A stretch of DNA of 64,000 bases from Candidatus Brocadiia bacterium (lineage in GTDB: Bacteria; Planctomycetota; Brocadiia; SM23-32), in NCBI GenBank assembly GCA_046538485.1, contig JBKHIT010000004.1:32001-96000 (forward strand), read 5' to 3'. Below are positions 19,147 through 29,487 of this stretch, one piece after another (the first letter of the stretch is position 1; each line of letters opens with the position of its first letter). Made by a program: the position numbers and the translations under genes. A model generated the notes under the pieces. The model was not told the DNA's origin. It saw only the letters and a list, made by a program, of their open reading frames with translations, and made no database searches.

Positions 19147-20286
19147 CTATGAATCCTGAATTTGCCATCGTGTCAGCATGAGCGACGTTTTCTCAGCGGG
19201 TTTTTCCTGCTGGTAGTAGACCGTCAGTATCGTGCCATCTTCGATCTGCACGCTCGCCGGATAACCCAGATCACCGCTCGGGGCATCGTCCCGCAGAATG
19301 ACCTCTTCATCATACTCCCAGGTCTCACCTCCATCGTTGGATACGCATGCCCTCTGCCCGTACGGCTCGTAACGGTACCCATACGTCACCAGAACCCGAC
19401 CATCACGCAGTTTGGTCAGGTGAGGCGGTTTGCCTAAAATCGGCGTCGGTTCAGGAGCCGTCCAGGTCTGTCCGCCATCATCGGATCTGAATTGCCAGAG
19501 CAGACAGCGCATGCGGCCCTCATCACGCGGCGTTTCCTCGTGCCGGGCCATCGCAAGCAGTCGGCCCGGTTCAACCTCAACAACGTGAGGCTCGCAGAGA
19601 TATGCCACACCGTCCTGAGCGTCTCCCTCATATTCGGGATACATTTCGATGCGAGCGGCGACCGACCAGGTTTTCCCTTTGTCGGACGATTCAGCGGCGA
19701 GTATGCTCCCTTCGCATTCGGATCGTTTTTGGCACGTCTCAATCCCCACGAATATCAGGCGTCCGTCGGACAACTCGATGGGACCGTGCGGAGCCGTAGG
19801 CGGGACGCGGACCGGATCCTCCCACGAACTCCCCCCGTCCGGCGACCGTCGTATCCAGCAGCCAAGCTCGTAGCGGCTGTTGTGAACGTTCTCGCCCGCC
19901 CAGCGACGGATCTCCTCTTGCCCCACTGACTCGATTTTCCGTCGCCAGCGTTCTTCTTCTCCTTCGGGACACATCTTCATGTATCTGTCCGGTTCATAGT
20001 GCGACGTGAACCAGCTGACGATCGCCGTCCCGTCATCGCAGATACATACCCCGGCATCCCGGTCGTCCAGGGGCGTATCGTTGACAAGCCGGGGTTCACC
20101 CCAGGTCTCGCCGCCATCGTCTGACCGCATGACGAATGTCTTGCCAAACGGGTCGACGTGCGCATCACGATCACCGGAAAAAGAAACCACCAGTTCACCG
20201 TCGGGGCCTTTGGCGATTGTGGGCCAACCAATATAACGTCCCGGCTGTTTGCAAATAACCCGGGACTCAAGAATTTTGTAATTCAT
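19147..20286 (-). CDS. BNR/Asp-box beta-propeller (sialidase-fold) protein
   Basis: Five Asp-boxes (SDDGGETW, SPDGGSSW, SSDKGKTW, SDDGGQTW, SNDGGETW) and DLGYP. No signal peptide. ATGA overlap with the upstream gene. Confidence 0.85.
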   Translation of the reverse strand: MNYKILESRVICKQPGRYIGWPTIAKGPDGELVVSFSGDRDAHVDPFGKTFVMRSDDGGETWGEPRLVNDTPLDDRDAGVCICDDGTAIVSWFTSHYEPDRYMKMCPEGEEERWRRKIESVGQEEIRRWAGENVHNSRYELGCWIRRSPDGGSSWEDPVRVPPTAPHGPIELSDGRLIFVGIETCQKRSECEGSILAAESSDKGKTWSVAARIEMYPEYEGDAQDGVAYLCEPHVVEVEPGRLLAMARHEETPRDEGRMRCLLWQFRSDDGGQTWTAPEPTPILGKPPHLTKLRDGRVLVTYGYRYEPYGQRACVSNDGGETWEYDEEVILRDDAPSGDLGYPASVQIEDGTILTVYYQQEKPAEKTSLMLTRWQIQDS

Positions 20287-21095
20287 GCTTTCTCCCATTC
20301 TTCACGGATATAGTCCATCGCTTTTGGGAATTCCTCGCACGGATCGCCCGGGATACCACATTCGAAGGCGAGGTAATGTTCGTAACCAATTTCTTTGAGA
20401 GCGGCAAAACCGGGTTTAAAATCGGTATGCCCGTACCCTGGCATAAGTCTCTGGCTATCGGCGAGATGGACATTCTTTATTCGATTGCCGGCGAGACGAA
20501 TGCTCTCGCCGAAATCGGCGTCTTCAATATTCATGTGAAAGAAATCGGCCATCATCCCGATGCCCTGTTTACCAACGTCTTCGCATATATCGACCCCATC
20601 TTGCAGGCTGCACGGCCACCACTGTTCGTACCGGTTCAGCGGCTCAATCACAACATGGGCCCCTTTGTCCTGAGCGACATCCGCGACTTCGCTCAGTATG
20701 GCCGCGAGCAGTTTGCGTTCCAGCTGCGCGGTATTCATAAAAGGCGAGAGATTGGGAATCCTCTCCCCATCACGCATCTTCACGGCAATAAGGGGCGGGA
20801 AAATAAACCCAATTGCACCTGTCGCTTCGCAGAGTGTCAAGGCTTCCTTCATTGATTCTACAGATGCGGCCCGCTGTTCCGGACGCGCATCAAGGCAGAA
20901 CAGGTTTTTCGCGGACATCTGGCTCGCGCGAACACCTGTGTCTTCAATAGCCTGCTTGATCTCCTCGAGGTGTTCCATATCGCTGCTGTTGACAATTTCG
21001 ATTCCGTCCAACCCAATGTCCGCAGCATTCTCAAAACGTTCCGCGATTGTATCGCCAGGAACCATGTGCTCCCGACATGAAAATTTCAGATCCAT
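20283..21095 (-). CDS. Sugar phosphate isomerase/epimerase (xylose-isomerase-like TIM barrel)
   Basis: Metal-site motifs IEPLNRYE, DFFHMNIE, HLADSQR, FECG. Confidence 0.88.
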   Translation of the reverse strand: MDLKFSCREHMVPGDTIAERFENAADIGLDGIEIVNSSDMEHLEEIKQAIEDTGVRASQMSAKNLFCLDARPEQRAASVESMKEALTLCEATGAIGFIFPPLIAVKMRDGERIPNLSPFMNTAQLERKLLAAILSEVADVAQDKGAHVVIEPLNRYEQWWPCSLQDGVDICEDVGKQGIGMMADFFHMNIEDADFGESIRLAGNRIKNVHLADSQRLMPGYGHTDFKPGFAALKEIGYEHYLAFECGIPGDPCEEFPKAMDYIREEWEKA

Positions 21096-21185
21096 CTTTC
21101 AATCCTCTCCGTTTAGAAACCTGCTCTTGTTAACTTTCACAAAAATGCAAACAAATGTTGGGGCCAATATCATTCGGCAACCGGT

Positions 21186-22175
21186 TCATTGTGCGGGGCC
21201 CAGACCACAGGCGTCAAGAATGGCTTCATAACCCCACATATCCCATTCAGGTTCGACGCCGATTCCCTGCAGGTCGCCGTAATTTTTCAATATCAGTCCC
21301 CCGTTGAACAGATCCACCATTTTGTGGGCTTCGTTTTCAATACAAGACCGATCTCCGGTCGGGAGTACACATTGGATATCCAGCGGCGACCACAAACCGA
21401 CACGCGCTTCTCGCAGTTTCTCGGCCAATGCCGGCATATCATAAGCTTCCGGTTGATCAAATTGGAAACAGTCGATGCCGACTTCGATCAAATCATCAAG
21501 AAGTTCCCAGTTGTAACCGCAGGAATGCATCAGAACTCTGACGTCACGTTCGTGAGCAGCTCCCACCAGTCGCTCGTAATGCGGTTTGAAAATGTCACAC
21601 CACATCTCGGGCCCAATAAGCGCTCGGTCTTGTGTTCCCAGATCCTCACAATAAAAAATGGCATCCACCCCCGCGTCAGCAAAACGATGGATGACTTTAA
21701 CATAGACATCTGTGACGAGATTATGGAGCTGATCGATCTCCTCGCGATACTCGATCAAGTCCATGAAATAAATCTCCATTTTACGCAGGTAACGGCTCGT
21801 TGCAAAGACCCATCCCGGCACAAACCCCGCTTTGAACTTCCCGTCATTTTTCCCAAAAACTTCAGCCGCCCTGACGTAGCGGTCGGGATCATCGAAATCC
21901 GGCACTTGAAGTTCGGCCAGCTCGCTCCAATCTTCGATTGCCGGTTTGTAAACCTCACCGCCCGCCGAACCATCAACATCCCGGTACCAGACGTTACCCC
22001 AGGCATCGTCATAATACTCAATATTGCCCTCAGTCCAGCGTTTGGGTTCATAGGTTTTCGAACTGGTGACCCCGGCCGTTACCATATCGTTAATACGATC
22101 ACCGGAAAAAGTTAATCCGGGCCGTGGCGGATTGTCGTGTTCCAGGTTGGCAACAATGATATCGTATGCACTCAT
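21186..22175 (-). CDS. Uroporphyrinogen decarboxylase/MtaA-CmuA-like family protein
   Basis: Motifs DAWGNVW, EDLGTQ, MHSCG, DLIEVGID, DIQCVLPTG. Confidence 0.8.
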   Translation of the reverse strand: MSAYDIIVANLEHDNPPRPGLTFSGDRINDMVTAGVTSSKTYEPKRWTEGNIEYYDDAWGNVWYRDVDGSAGGEVYKPAIEDWSELAELQVPDFDDPDRYVRAAEVFGKNDGKFKAGFVPGWVFATSRYLRKMEIYFMDLIEYREEIDQLHNLVTDVYVKVIHRFADAGVDAIFYCEDLGTQDRALIGPEMWCDIFKPHYERLVGAAHERDVRVLMHSCGYNWELLDDLIEVGIDCFQFDQPEAYDMPALAEKLREARVGLWSPLDIQCVLPTGDRSCIENEAHKMVDLFNGGLILKNYGDLQGIGVEPEWDMWGYEAILDACGLGPAQ

Positions 22176-22224
22176 CCTGGAGGTTTTTAAAAAGAAAAGC
22201 GGGCAATGCGCGAGCTGAAAGCTT

Positions 22225-23706
22225 TTATTCGCACTTCCATTCCGTACCATTCGCTTCATCTTTGAGGACAATTCCCAAACCCGCGAGGCGGTCACGGATA
22301 TGGTCCGCAAGATCGAACTGGCCGGCCTCACGCAGCGCCGCACGCGTTTCGATCATGGTTTCGATCAAATCCTTTCCCAAACCTTTGCCTCCCGTTTTTT
22401 CACCAGCTCCAGCATCCCGCAAAATACCCAGAACCTGCTCGCCCAATTCACTGTAAAGGCCATCGAGTGCAGCAAGTTCTGTTGAGTTCAGCGGACTCCC
22501 TGCATCCAGCAACTGGTTAACCAGATGTGTATATTTGCTCAGTTCACCTATGGCACCAGCCGTGTTAAAGTCATCGTTCATTTCGCCTTCAAATCGTTCT
22601 TGCGTTTCGTCCACGATTTGCTGAATGTGGTCGGCGACTTCGTCCTCTGACGTCTCAATAATTTCGCGTCTTTTCCGAAGTTCAGAGGCCGCATTCTCGA
22701 TACGTTCGAGGCCCTTTCGGGCGGCTTCAAGGGCTTCAGCGGAGAAATCGAGCGGACTTCTATAATGACTATTTAAGATGAAGTAGCGAATAACCATTGG
22801 GCGAACGGGTTCTTCGAGCGGCGGATCGCCGCCGAAGGCATCTTTCAGCGTTATGAAATTACCGAGACTTTTCCCCATCTTCCGACCTTCAACGGTCACC
22901 ATATTATTGTGCAACCAGTAACGCACGAACTGTTCGCCTGTTGCCCCTTCGCTTTGGGCAATCTCGTTCTCATGATGCGGGAAGATGTTTTCCAGTCCCC
23001 CACCATGGATGTCGAGCGTGGGACCGAGATATTTCAGCCCCATGGCCGAACATTCCACATGCCACCCCGGGTATCCCACACTCCATGGGCTTTCCCAATT
23101 CATCAGGTGGCGCTCTTCGGCTTTTTTCCAGAGCGCGAAATCAAGAGGGCTTCGTTTTTCGGCCCTTTCATCGACCCGAACATTTTCCAGCATTTGATCG
23201 AGATCGCGTCCGCTGAGCTTTCCGTAATCCTCAAAACTCATCACGTCGAAGTATACGTTCCCATCGACCTGGTAAGCATGTCCGTTCTCCAGCAGCTCTC
23301 GCACGAGTGCGATCTGTTCGGGGATATGACCTGAAGCACGGGGACAAATATCGGGACGCCGGATGTTCAGCGCATCCATGTCCTCGAAATAACTCCGGGT
23401 AAATGTTTCGGCGACTTCCATGGGTTCAACCCCCATCTCACGCGCCTTGAGCCCCACTTTATCCTCGCCTTCGTCGGCATCATCGGTCAGATGACCAACG
23501 TCCGTTATGTTCTGGACATACCTGACCCGGTAATCCAGATAACGGAGATAACGTATTATAACATCGAAACTAACGTAACTTTTGGCGTGCCCGATATGGC
23601 TATGACCATAAACCGTCGGACCACAGACGTAGATTCCGACGAAACCCTCATGAATGGGTTTGAATTCCTGTTCTTCTCTTTTGAGACTGTTGTAGACTTT
23701 TAGCAT
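22225..23706 (-). CDS. cysS: Cysteine--tRNA ligase
   Basis: Motifs YVCGPTVY, HIGH, GWHVEC, FPHHENE, KMGKSLGN. Confidence 0.97.
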   Translation of the reverse strand: MLKVYNSLKREEQEFKPIHEGFVGIYVCGPTVYGHSHIGHAKSYVSFDVIIRYLRYLDYRVRYVQNITDVGHLTDDADEGEDKVGLKAREMGVEPMEVAETFTRSYFEDMDALNIRRPDICPRASGHIPEQIALVRELLENGHAYQVDGNVYFDVMSFEDYGKLSGRDLDQMLENVRVDERAEKRSPLDFALWKKAEERHLMNWESPWSVGYPGWHVECSAMGLKYLGPTLDIHGGGLENIFPHHENEIAQSEGATGEQFVRYWLHNNMVTVEGRKMGKSLGNFITLKDAFGGDPPLEEPVRPMVIRYFILNSHYRSPLDFSAEALEAARKGLERIENAASELRKRREIIETSEDEVADHIQQIVDETQERFEGEMNDDFNTAGAIGELSKYTHLVNQLLDAGSPLNSTELAALDGLYSELGEQVLGILRDAGAGEKTGGKGLGKDLIETMIETRAALREAGQFDLADHIRDRLAGLGIVLKDEANGTEWKCE

Positions 23707-23740
23707 GGCGGTTCCAATTGTTTTCGGTCCGTTAGGAAAA

Positions 23741-24859
23741 CTACCTGGGAAGCCCCTTTTCGCCATCTTCCAGCGCCGGAGGAGACCACAGATACATCGG
23801 GCGCATACCTTTCAAAGGAGGAAGTCTGCCCCCGAATTCTATATCCAGATCGGGGCCTTCCCCGAAAGCTGCCACTACGTCGGTCAGCGTGATCACCCGT
23901 TTGTATTGGACCAGATGCACGTTTTTCAGCCCCTCCATCTTTTTGATCGCTTCAATGGCGTCCGATTCATAGCCCACCTCGTCCACCAATCTGTTCTCAG
24001 CAGCCTGTGGTCCGGTGAATATTCTGCCATCAGCGAGTTTGCGCACTTCTTCGGGTTTCATGTTTCGACCCTCAGCCACAACTTCTACGAAACGTGTATG
24101 CAACTGGATGACTATCGTCTGAAGAAGCTCCCTTTCTTTCTCTTTCTGCTCCTGTGTTTTTTCTGTAAAAGGCGAGCCGATATCTTTAAAGTCACCGCTT
24201 GTAATCGTTTCGTTTTTCACGCCCACTTTTCCCAGCAGTTCAGTCGCATCATACATGGGCATCAAGACGCCAATACTACCGGTAACCGTAGTCGGGTGAG
24301 CGATGATTTTATCGGCTCCACATGAGATGTAATAACCGCCCGAGGCGGCCATGTCCCTCATGCAGACCACCACGGGTTTGCCATCGTCGCCTTTACGAAA
24401 CTCTTTGATCTCACGCAGCAAGATATCACTGGCCGTTATACCGCCACCAGGGCTATCAACAAAAATTACGGCCCCACGAACACGCGAATCCCTCTTGGCT
24501 CGTCTAAGTTGCTCGGATACAAACCGGACGGGTGTCAGCTCATTACTGGCACTTGAACTTCCAAAAATCATTCCTTCAACCGGGATACATACCACTTTTG
24601 CAGCGCCACGTTTGCCCCCGATTGTAACTTCACGAATCTGGGCATTACCGCCAGTGCCGGGCCCGCCCGCCATAGCAGCTGCAACGATGAGACCGACGAA
24701 AGCAACGGCCCCGAGAAAACCGAGCACACCGATCACCAGCACCGCGATCAGGCAGCCTTTGAAGAAACCGCTCCCGGTTGCACTCGTTTTCCCCTGGTTT
24801 TGAGAGGACTCGTCAGGGTGATACTGCGGCGACTCACTGCCAGTTGTATTTGTCGACAT
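23741..24859 (-). CDS. sppA: Signal peptide peptidase SppA (S49, short form)
   Basis: N-terminal TM, DSPGGG, AASGGYY, TGSIGV, SGDFKD, ADGRIFTG. Confidence 0.92.
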   Translation of the reverse strand: MSTNTTGSESPQYHPDESSQNQGKTSATGSGFFKGCLIAVLVIGVLGFLGAVAFVGLIVAAAMAGGPGTGGNAQIREVTIGGKRGAAKVVCIPVEGMIFGSSSASNELTPVRFVSEQLRRAKRDSRVRGAVIFVDSPGGGITASDILLREIKEFRKGDDGKPVVVCMRDMAASGGYYISCGADKIIAHPTTVTGSIGVLMPMYDATELLGKVGVKNETITSGDFKDIGSPFTEKTQEQKEKERELLQTIVIQLHTRFVEVVAEGRNMKPEEVRKLADGRIFTGPQAAENRLVDEVGYESDAIEAIKKMEGLKNVHLVQYKRVITLTDVVAAFGEGPDLDIEFGGRLPPLKGMRPMYLWSPPALEDGEKGLPR

Positions 24860-24948
24860 CTGTGCTCTCCTTCCAGGCAATACGATCTCCTGCATTCTCT
24901 GTGATTTTTATGCAGACGTCAAGTTGGGTGCTTCAGAGCAATGCGCCC

Positions 24949-26487
24949 CTATTCGTCGGCACATTCAGCCGGAAGGTACACAACAAAATGCGTCCCATGG
25001 TCATCAGGCTTCTCCAGCTCGATATGACCGTCATAGGTATCCACGATCGCTCTTGTAATGGAAAGCCCGAGCCCTGTTCCCCGAGCTTTGGTCGTAAAGA
25101 AGGGATCGAAAAGCTGTTCGCGATCCTCTTCAGAAATCCCGGCACCGTTATCTATGACATGCAACACAAGAAGCGGTGACCGCTCTGTGGCCTCGCCGGC
25201 AATTTCTTCGGTTTCCTGACCTTGATCAAGGCGAATCTCCCCTTTGATTTCGAGCCGCGCATCTTGCTGGCCCTGGAGTTCCTCAAGCGCGTTTGTGACC
25301 AGATTGAGCAAGACTTGTCTGAGGCGCCCCCGGGTAAAAGGAAGGCGGACCTTACGGTCCGTCACATCGACTACAATATCAATGTCAGGCGTGAGTTTCA
25401 GGACATGGGCAAGGTCCATCACCTCCGATACAACCTCAGGGGGGTGAACAATCTCGCTTTGCTGTTCGACCGACGGGCGAGCCAGTTCTAACAGCGATTG
25501 AACAATGCTTTTGCACTCGCGGGCCTCTTCCTCAATTGCCACCAGCGCCTCACGGTGAGGTGAATCTTCGGGGATCCGTTCTTTAAGAGTTGTGACATAA
25601 CCAATTATGACTGCAATCGGGTTATTTATTTCGTGGGCTATACCGGCGGACAAACGCCCGAGCGTAGCCACTTTTTCGGCTTCAACAAGCTCACGCTGGT
25701 GGTTCTCGAGAGTTGCTGCCATTCGATTGAAACTCCGCGCAAGCATCCGGAACTCAGCCGAACGAGGCAGTTCGACCTGCCGAGTAAAATCGCCCCGGCT
25801 CAACGCTTGTGCCTCGTCGACCAATCTATTAATGGGTTTTATTATCGATCGATGTGTTACATACAACACGATTAACACAACCAATCCGGCGATTCCCAGG
25901 ATAGCCCGCAGTATAAGCTGGGAGATGCGCCAGATGCGGCTTGCATCTGCTTCCAATCGATATGTCTTCCAGTCGAAACTTCGCCCAATCTGTGTATTGA
26001 GATTGACCAGATCCAGCCTTAGTTCGCCTGCTCGTCTGCTCAGATTTTCTCGATCCCCTTTTCTGCGCCCGGGTCCTGGCTCAGATACACCTTTTTCAAT
26101 AACATGCTTCAAATCCCCGGCGGTCCTCGCCAATTTATTAAGAAAAACTCGCTCAGGAGGATCTATATTGGCTCCGGTCAGGCCCTGAAGCGTCCGGCTG
26201 AAACGTTGAAGCATTTCTTCAAACCGCTTCCGCCTCATCGAATCAATTTTACCTGTCGAATCCCAACCCAGACAGACCTGATCGGCGGCATGTAGCATTT
26301 TCAAGGCTTCACGCCGCAACTGTTGTCGAATTCGCACCTCTGTTGTCGCTTTACGTAAACGCGCCAGAAAATACAAATGCGCTCCAAGCGCAGCACCAAA
26401 CACAAGAAACAGCACCCCGAATCCGACAGCAAGCCGGAAACTTGTTGTCTTTCGAAAAGGCGGTTTGTCCCATTCTTCTTCGGCCAC
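24949..26487 (-). CDS. Membrane HAMP-domain sensor histidine kinase
   Basis: Two TM segments, HAMP (PINRL...EFRMLARSFNRM), AHEINNP, NLVTNA, DNGAG, FDPFFTTK, GTGLGL. GTG start at 26487 behind a GAGGAG Shine-Dalgarno. Confidence 0.9.
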   Translation of the reverse strand: MAEEEWDKPPFRKTTSFRLAVGFGVLFLVFGAALGAHLYFLARLRKATTEVRIRQQLRREALKMLHAADQVCLGWDSTGKIDSMRRKRFEEMLQRFSRTLQGLTGANIDPPERVFLNKLARTAGDLKHVIEKGVSEPGPGRRKGDRENLSRRAGELRLDLVNLNTQIGRSFDWKTYRLEADASRIWRISQLILRAILGIAGLVVLIVLYVTHRSIIKPINRLVDEAQALSRGDFTRQVELPRSAEFRMLARSFNRMAATLENHQRELVEAEKVATLGRLSAGIAHEINNPIAVIIGYVTTLKERIPEDSPHREALVAIEEEARECKSIVQSLLELARPSVEQQSEIVHPPEVVSEVMDLAHVLKLTPDIDIVVDVTDRKVRLPFTRGRLRQVLLNLVTNALEELQGQQDARLEIKGEIRLDQGQETEEIAGEATERSPLLVLHVIDNGAGISEEDREQLFDPFFTTKARGTGLGLSITRAIVDTYDGHIELEKPDDHGTHFVVYLPAECADE

Positions 26488-26513
26488 GGAAACTCCTCGA
26501 TCAACATCGCTGT

Positions 26514-27500
26514 TCAATATTCTGATTCGCTGATTATCATCTGGAGTTCGTTTCTTGCAACGTTCTCTACGTCCCCGTTTGCCCGCAGCACGAACCCACC
26601 TCGCATGCCATGATTCGCGAGAGAAAAATCGCAGACAAGAGCTCTGTCAGGCTCCGGTTCGGGATCGGGCGGGCGTCTGTAAAGATACCCTGCCCCAATT
26701 TCAGGCTGTTCCACTGAAGGACACTGCAATATTGACTTGTTGGTTACGTATTCAGGATATAAATCTTCCAGTAAGCGTGGATATTCTCCATTTTTGGCCA
26801 CATATTCCTTCATCGCCATGCCGATGGTTTCTAAATTCTCGCGACAGCGGCTATCGGAAGCTTTTTCGGTTATCAAGATACTCAGCCCCCCTCCGCGAGA
26901 ACAGGCACTCAAAAGTCCCATGCTGAGGCCACCGACCAAAATTAAAATCGCTACAATCGTTCCGCGGTGTTCTCCTTTGATTCTTATCTCCAGCAAAGCA
27001 AAAAAGCCAAGGATAACGGCTCCAATCCCAAATGCCCAAAACCAGCCCGCCAGTACAACAAAAGGGATTCCCGCAAGTGCGAGCGGATGGAAAGGCGGTC
27101 TTGATACTTCGACTTCTTCATCATCCTCAGCTAATTCCTCCGCCTGTTTTGCAAGTTCTTCGGAGACCTCTTTTTCGCGGATACTGTCTTCGCTCTGATA
27201 AATCAGCTTCAAAACACCGAGGTCAATCACATCACCATCTCGCAAACACCTGTGCTTTTCACGTTTCCCGTCCACCAACATTCCGTTCCGGGAGCCAAGG
27301 TCCTCAGCAAAACAATAACCTTCCTCACAGAACAGTTGTGCATGTCGGCGAGAAATCTGCCTGTCGTGAATAACCAGATCGCACTCTTCTGAGCGACCGA
27401 TAAGAACCCCATCAGCCCCAATCCTGATCACACGTCCATCGTATTCTCCCCCTTCAATGCGCACGGAATGGACTTCTTTTTGTTCAAACATATCATCCAT
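26514..27500 (-). CDS. FHA-domain membrane protein with a C-terminal pilin-like (DUF1559-like) domain
   Basis: FHA motifs IGRS...ISRRHA...DLGSRNG; hydrophobic central region; CRENLETIG..MKEY...GEYPRLLEDLYPEY...LQCPS...NH. Confidence 0.75.
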   Translation of the reverse strand: MDDMFEQKEVHSVRIEGGEYDGRVIRIGADGVLIGRSEECDLVIHDRQISRRHAQLFCEEGYCFAEDLGSRNGMLVDGKREKHRCLRDGDVIDLGVLKLIYQSEDSIREKEVSEELAKQAEELAEDDEEVEVSRPPFHPLALAGIPFVVLAGWFWAFGIGAVILGFFALLEIRIKGEHRGTIVAILILVGGLSMGLLSACSRGGGLSILITEKASDSRCRENLETIGMAMKEYVAKNGEYPRLLEDLYPEYVTNKSILQCPSVEQPEIGAGYLYRRPPDPEPEPDRALVCDFSLANHGMRGGFVLRANGDVENVARNELQMIISESEY

Positions 27501-27607
27501 AAAAATGCCCTCTATTCAGACCGCCCGGGTCTGCGCTTTCACTACCTGGAATCTAATCGAGCAAAAGGCCGGTTTCAAATGCCAGAGTGAAAAACAGAGT
27601 ATGACAG

Positions 27608-29233
27608 TCAACGTCTGAACCGTCGCCAGATGATATGGAGCAGAAAACGCGTCTCTGATATTCCAAGAGACAAACTGAGGAAGAAATAAGCCAGTGTGCC
27701 TGCAGCAACGGGAACGAGAACACGAATAGTCTTGATCAACATTTTATCCCGCACAGGGGCGGCCGGCAGGAATCGAAGGGTGATGTAGCATACCGCTGCC
27801 ATGAATAGAGTTGCTAATAGAGTTTTCGCCAACACCTTTACGAGATGCCCCATATCGAGTGGAGCTACACCTCTGTGAAGAAGAAACGTAAGCAATGAGA
27901 CCTGCAACGCCGCGCTGATTGCCGTTGAGAGCGCGAGCCCTGCTGCCCCAAGAAACCAAATTAACGTGAGATTGAGAGCAAGATTCACAACCACAGCGCC
28001 GACGGCGACCTTGACCGGCGTGTGCGGATCCTGTACCCCGTAGAACGCGCGGTTCAAGATGTGAAGGGCACAGTATGCCCATATGCCGACCGCATAAGCA
28101 ATCAAAGCCGACACCGTTCGTACCGTCGCCTCGGTTCCAAATCGTCCGTGTTCAAACAGCAGTTCCACAACCGGCTCTCCAAGAATAATCAAGCCTGCTC
28201 CGGCCGGAATCCCCACCACCAGAACAGCGCCAAGGCCATGAGTTACAGTGTCCGAAAAACCCTCCCATTCTTCACGGGCGGCCCGCGCACTCAAAGCCGG
28301 GAAAATCGCCGTCGCCAGCGCTATCCCAAAGACCCCCAGTGGAAATTGCATCAGGCGGCTGGCGTACGCCAGCACGCTGTTCGCTCCGATTTCAAGAGGA
28401 TACGCGACCGTCGCTCCGAAGACAGTAAAAGTTTCTACCCCTTCGGGAGCCGCCAACCCGATGGCAATAACGCCGTCAAACAATACATTGAGCTGAAACG
28501 CGGCCATACCGACAACTATCGGCGCCATCGTCACGACAACGCGCCTGAGCCCGGGATGATGAAGATTAAATGCAGGACGAAGCGGGAAACCTTTCCGCAC
28601 AAGGGCAAAAACTTGCAAAATGAGCTGGCAAACCCCCGCCACCAAAATGCCCACCACCACAACGAGAATTTTTCCCCTCATCGTTGTGGCAACATATGGT
28701 GCGACCAGAACAAGAGCTACGATCCAGCACAAGTTCAGCAAAACAGGCGCCGCAGCCGGTGAAAAAAAATGTTTGAGCGAATTTAAAATGGCGCCCGCCA
28801 AAGCCGTCAGACAAATGAAAACCATGTAGGGCAGCAGTAAACCGGTCAGGAGAAATGTCAGACGCCATCGTTCCGACAGCGGCGCTACTCGGGGCAGCAA
28901 CACTATGAAAGCCTCCCCGAGAAGCAAGCAGGCCAGCAAAACTCCCAGCGTGGCCGTGGCAACAACCCAGGCCAGTTTCCAGGCATCTCTCTTGCTTTTT
29001 AGTTCAAGATATTCGGTAAAAACCGGAATGAGGGCGGAACTCAAAGCACCTTCGCCAAAAAGACGCCGGAACAAGTTTGGGACCCGCCAGGCGAAAAAAA
29101 AGGCATCCGCTACCATGCTGTCCGCAAAGATTGCCGCAAACGCGACATCACGCACCAATCCCAGGATCCGGCTAAAAAATGTCAGTCCCCCGATCAATAC
29201 CGTATTCTTGAAATGCCGACGAAGGTCACTCAT
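27608..29233 (-). CDS. murJ: Lipid II flippase MurJ
   Basis: Motifs SRILGLVRD, PNLFRRLFGEGALS, RLMQFPLGVFG; multi-TM. Confidence 0.95.
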   Translation of the reverse strand: MSDLRRHFKNTVLIGGLTFFSRILGLVRDVAFAAIFADSMVADAFFFAWRVPNLFRRLFGEGALSSALIPVFTEYLELKSKRDAWKLAWVVATATLGVLLACLLLGEAFIVLLPRVAPLSERWRLTFLLTGLLLPYMVFICLTALAGAILNSLKHFFSPAAAPVLLNLCWIVALVLVAPYVATTMRGKILVVVVGILVAGVCQLILQVFALVRKGFPLRPAFNLHHPGLRRVVVTMAPIVVGMAAFQLNVLFDGVIAIGLAAPEGVETFTVFGATVAYPLEIGANSVLAYASRLMQFPLGVFGIALATAIFPALSARAAREEWEGFSDTVTHGLGAVLVVGIPAGAGLIILGEPVVELLFEHGRFGTEATVRTVSALIAYAVGIWAYCALHILNRAFYGVQDPHTPVKVAVGAVVVNLALNLTLIWFLGAAGLALSTAISAALQVSLLTFLLHRGVAPLDMGHLVKVLAKTLLATLFMAAVCYITLRFLPAAPVRDKMLIKTIRVLVPVAAGTLAYFFLSLSLGISETRFLLHIIWRRFRR

Positions 29234-29487
29234 AAAATAAACCGTACCGGCTAAACGTTTATCCCGGTAGCATCATATGAACAGTCCTCAATGCCCACAA
29301 CAAAACCAGAATGATTCTACGACCCTGCCTGCCCCTTTGGCGAATTGATCTTATAACCCCTTTTCAGAAAAAAACTTACAGCATTTGCTATTTTGGGCAA
29401 ATCCTGCAAAGGGCAATCTTTGCCCCGGGTTTTTGATCGGAAACGACGCCTCTTTTTATGTCGAATAAACCGATAGCTGAATAATTT

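Noticed and set aside
22866..22883. KMGKS instead of KMSKS in CysS
   Set aside because: Minor natural variant; HIGH and the Zn-ligand motifs are intact.
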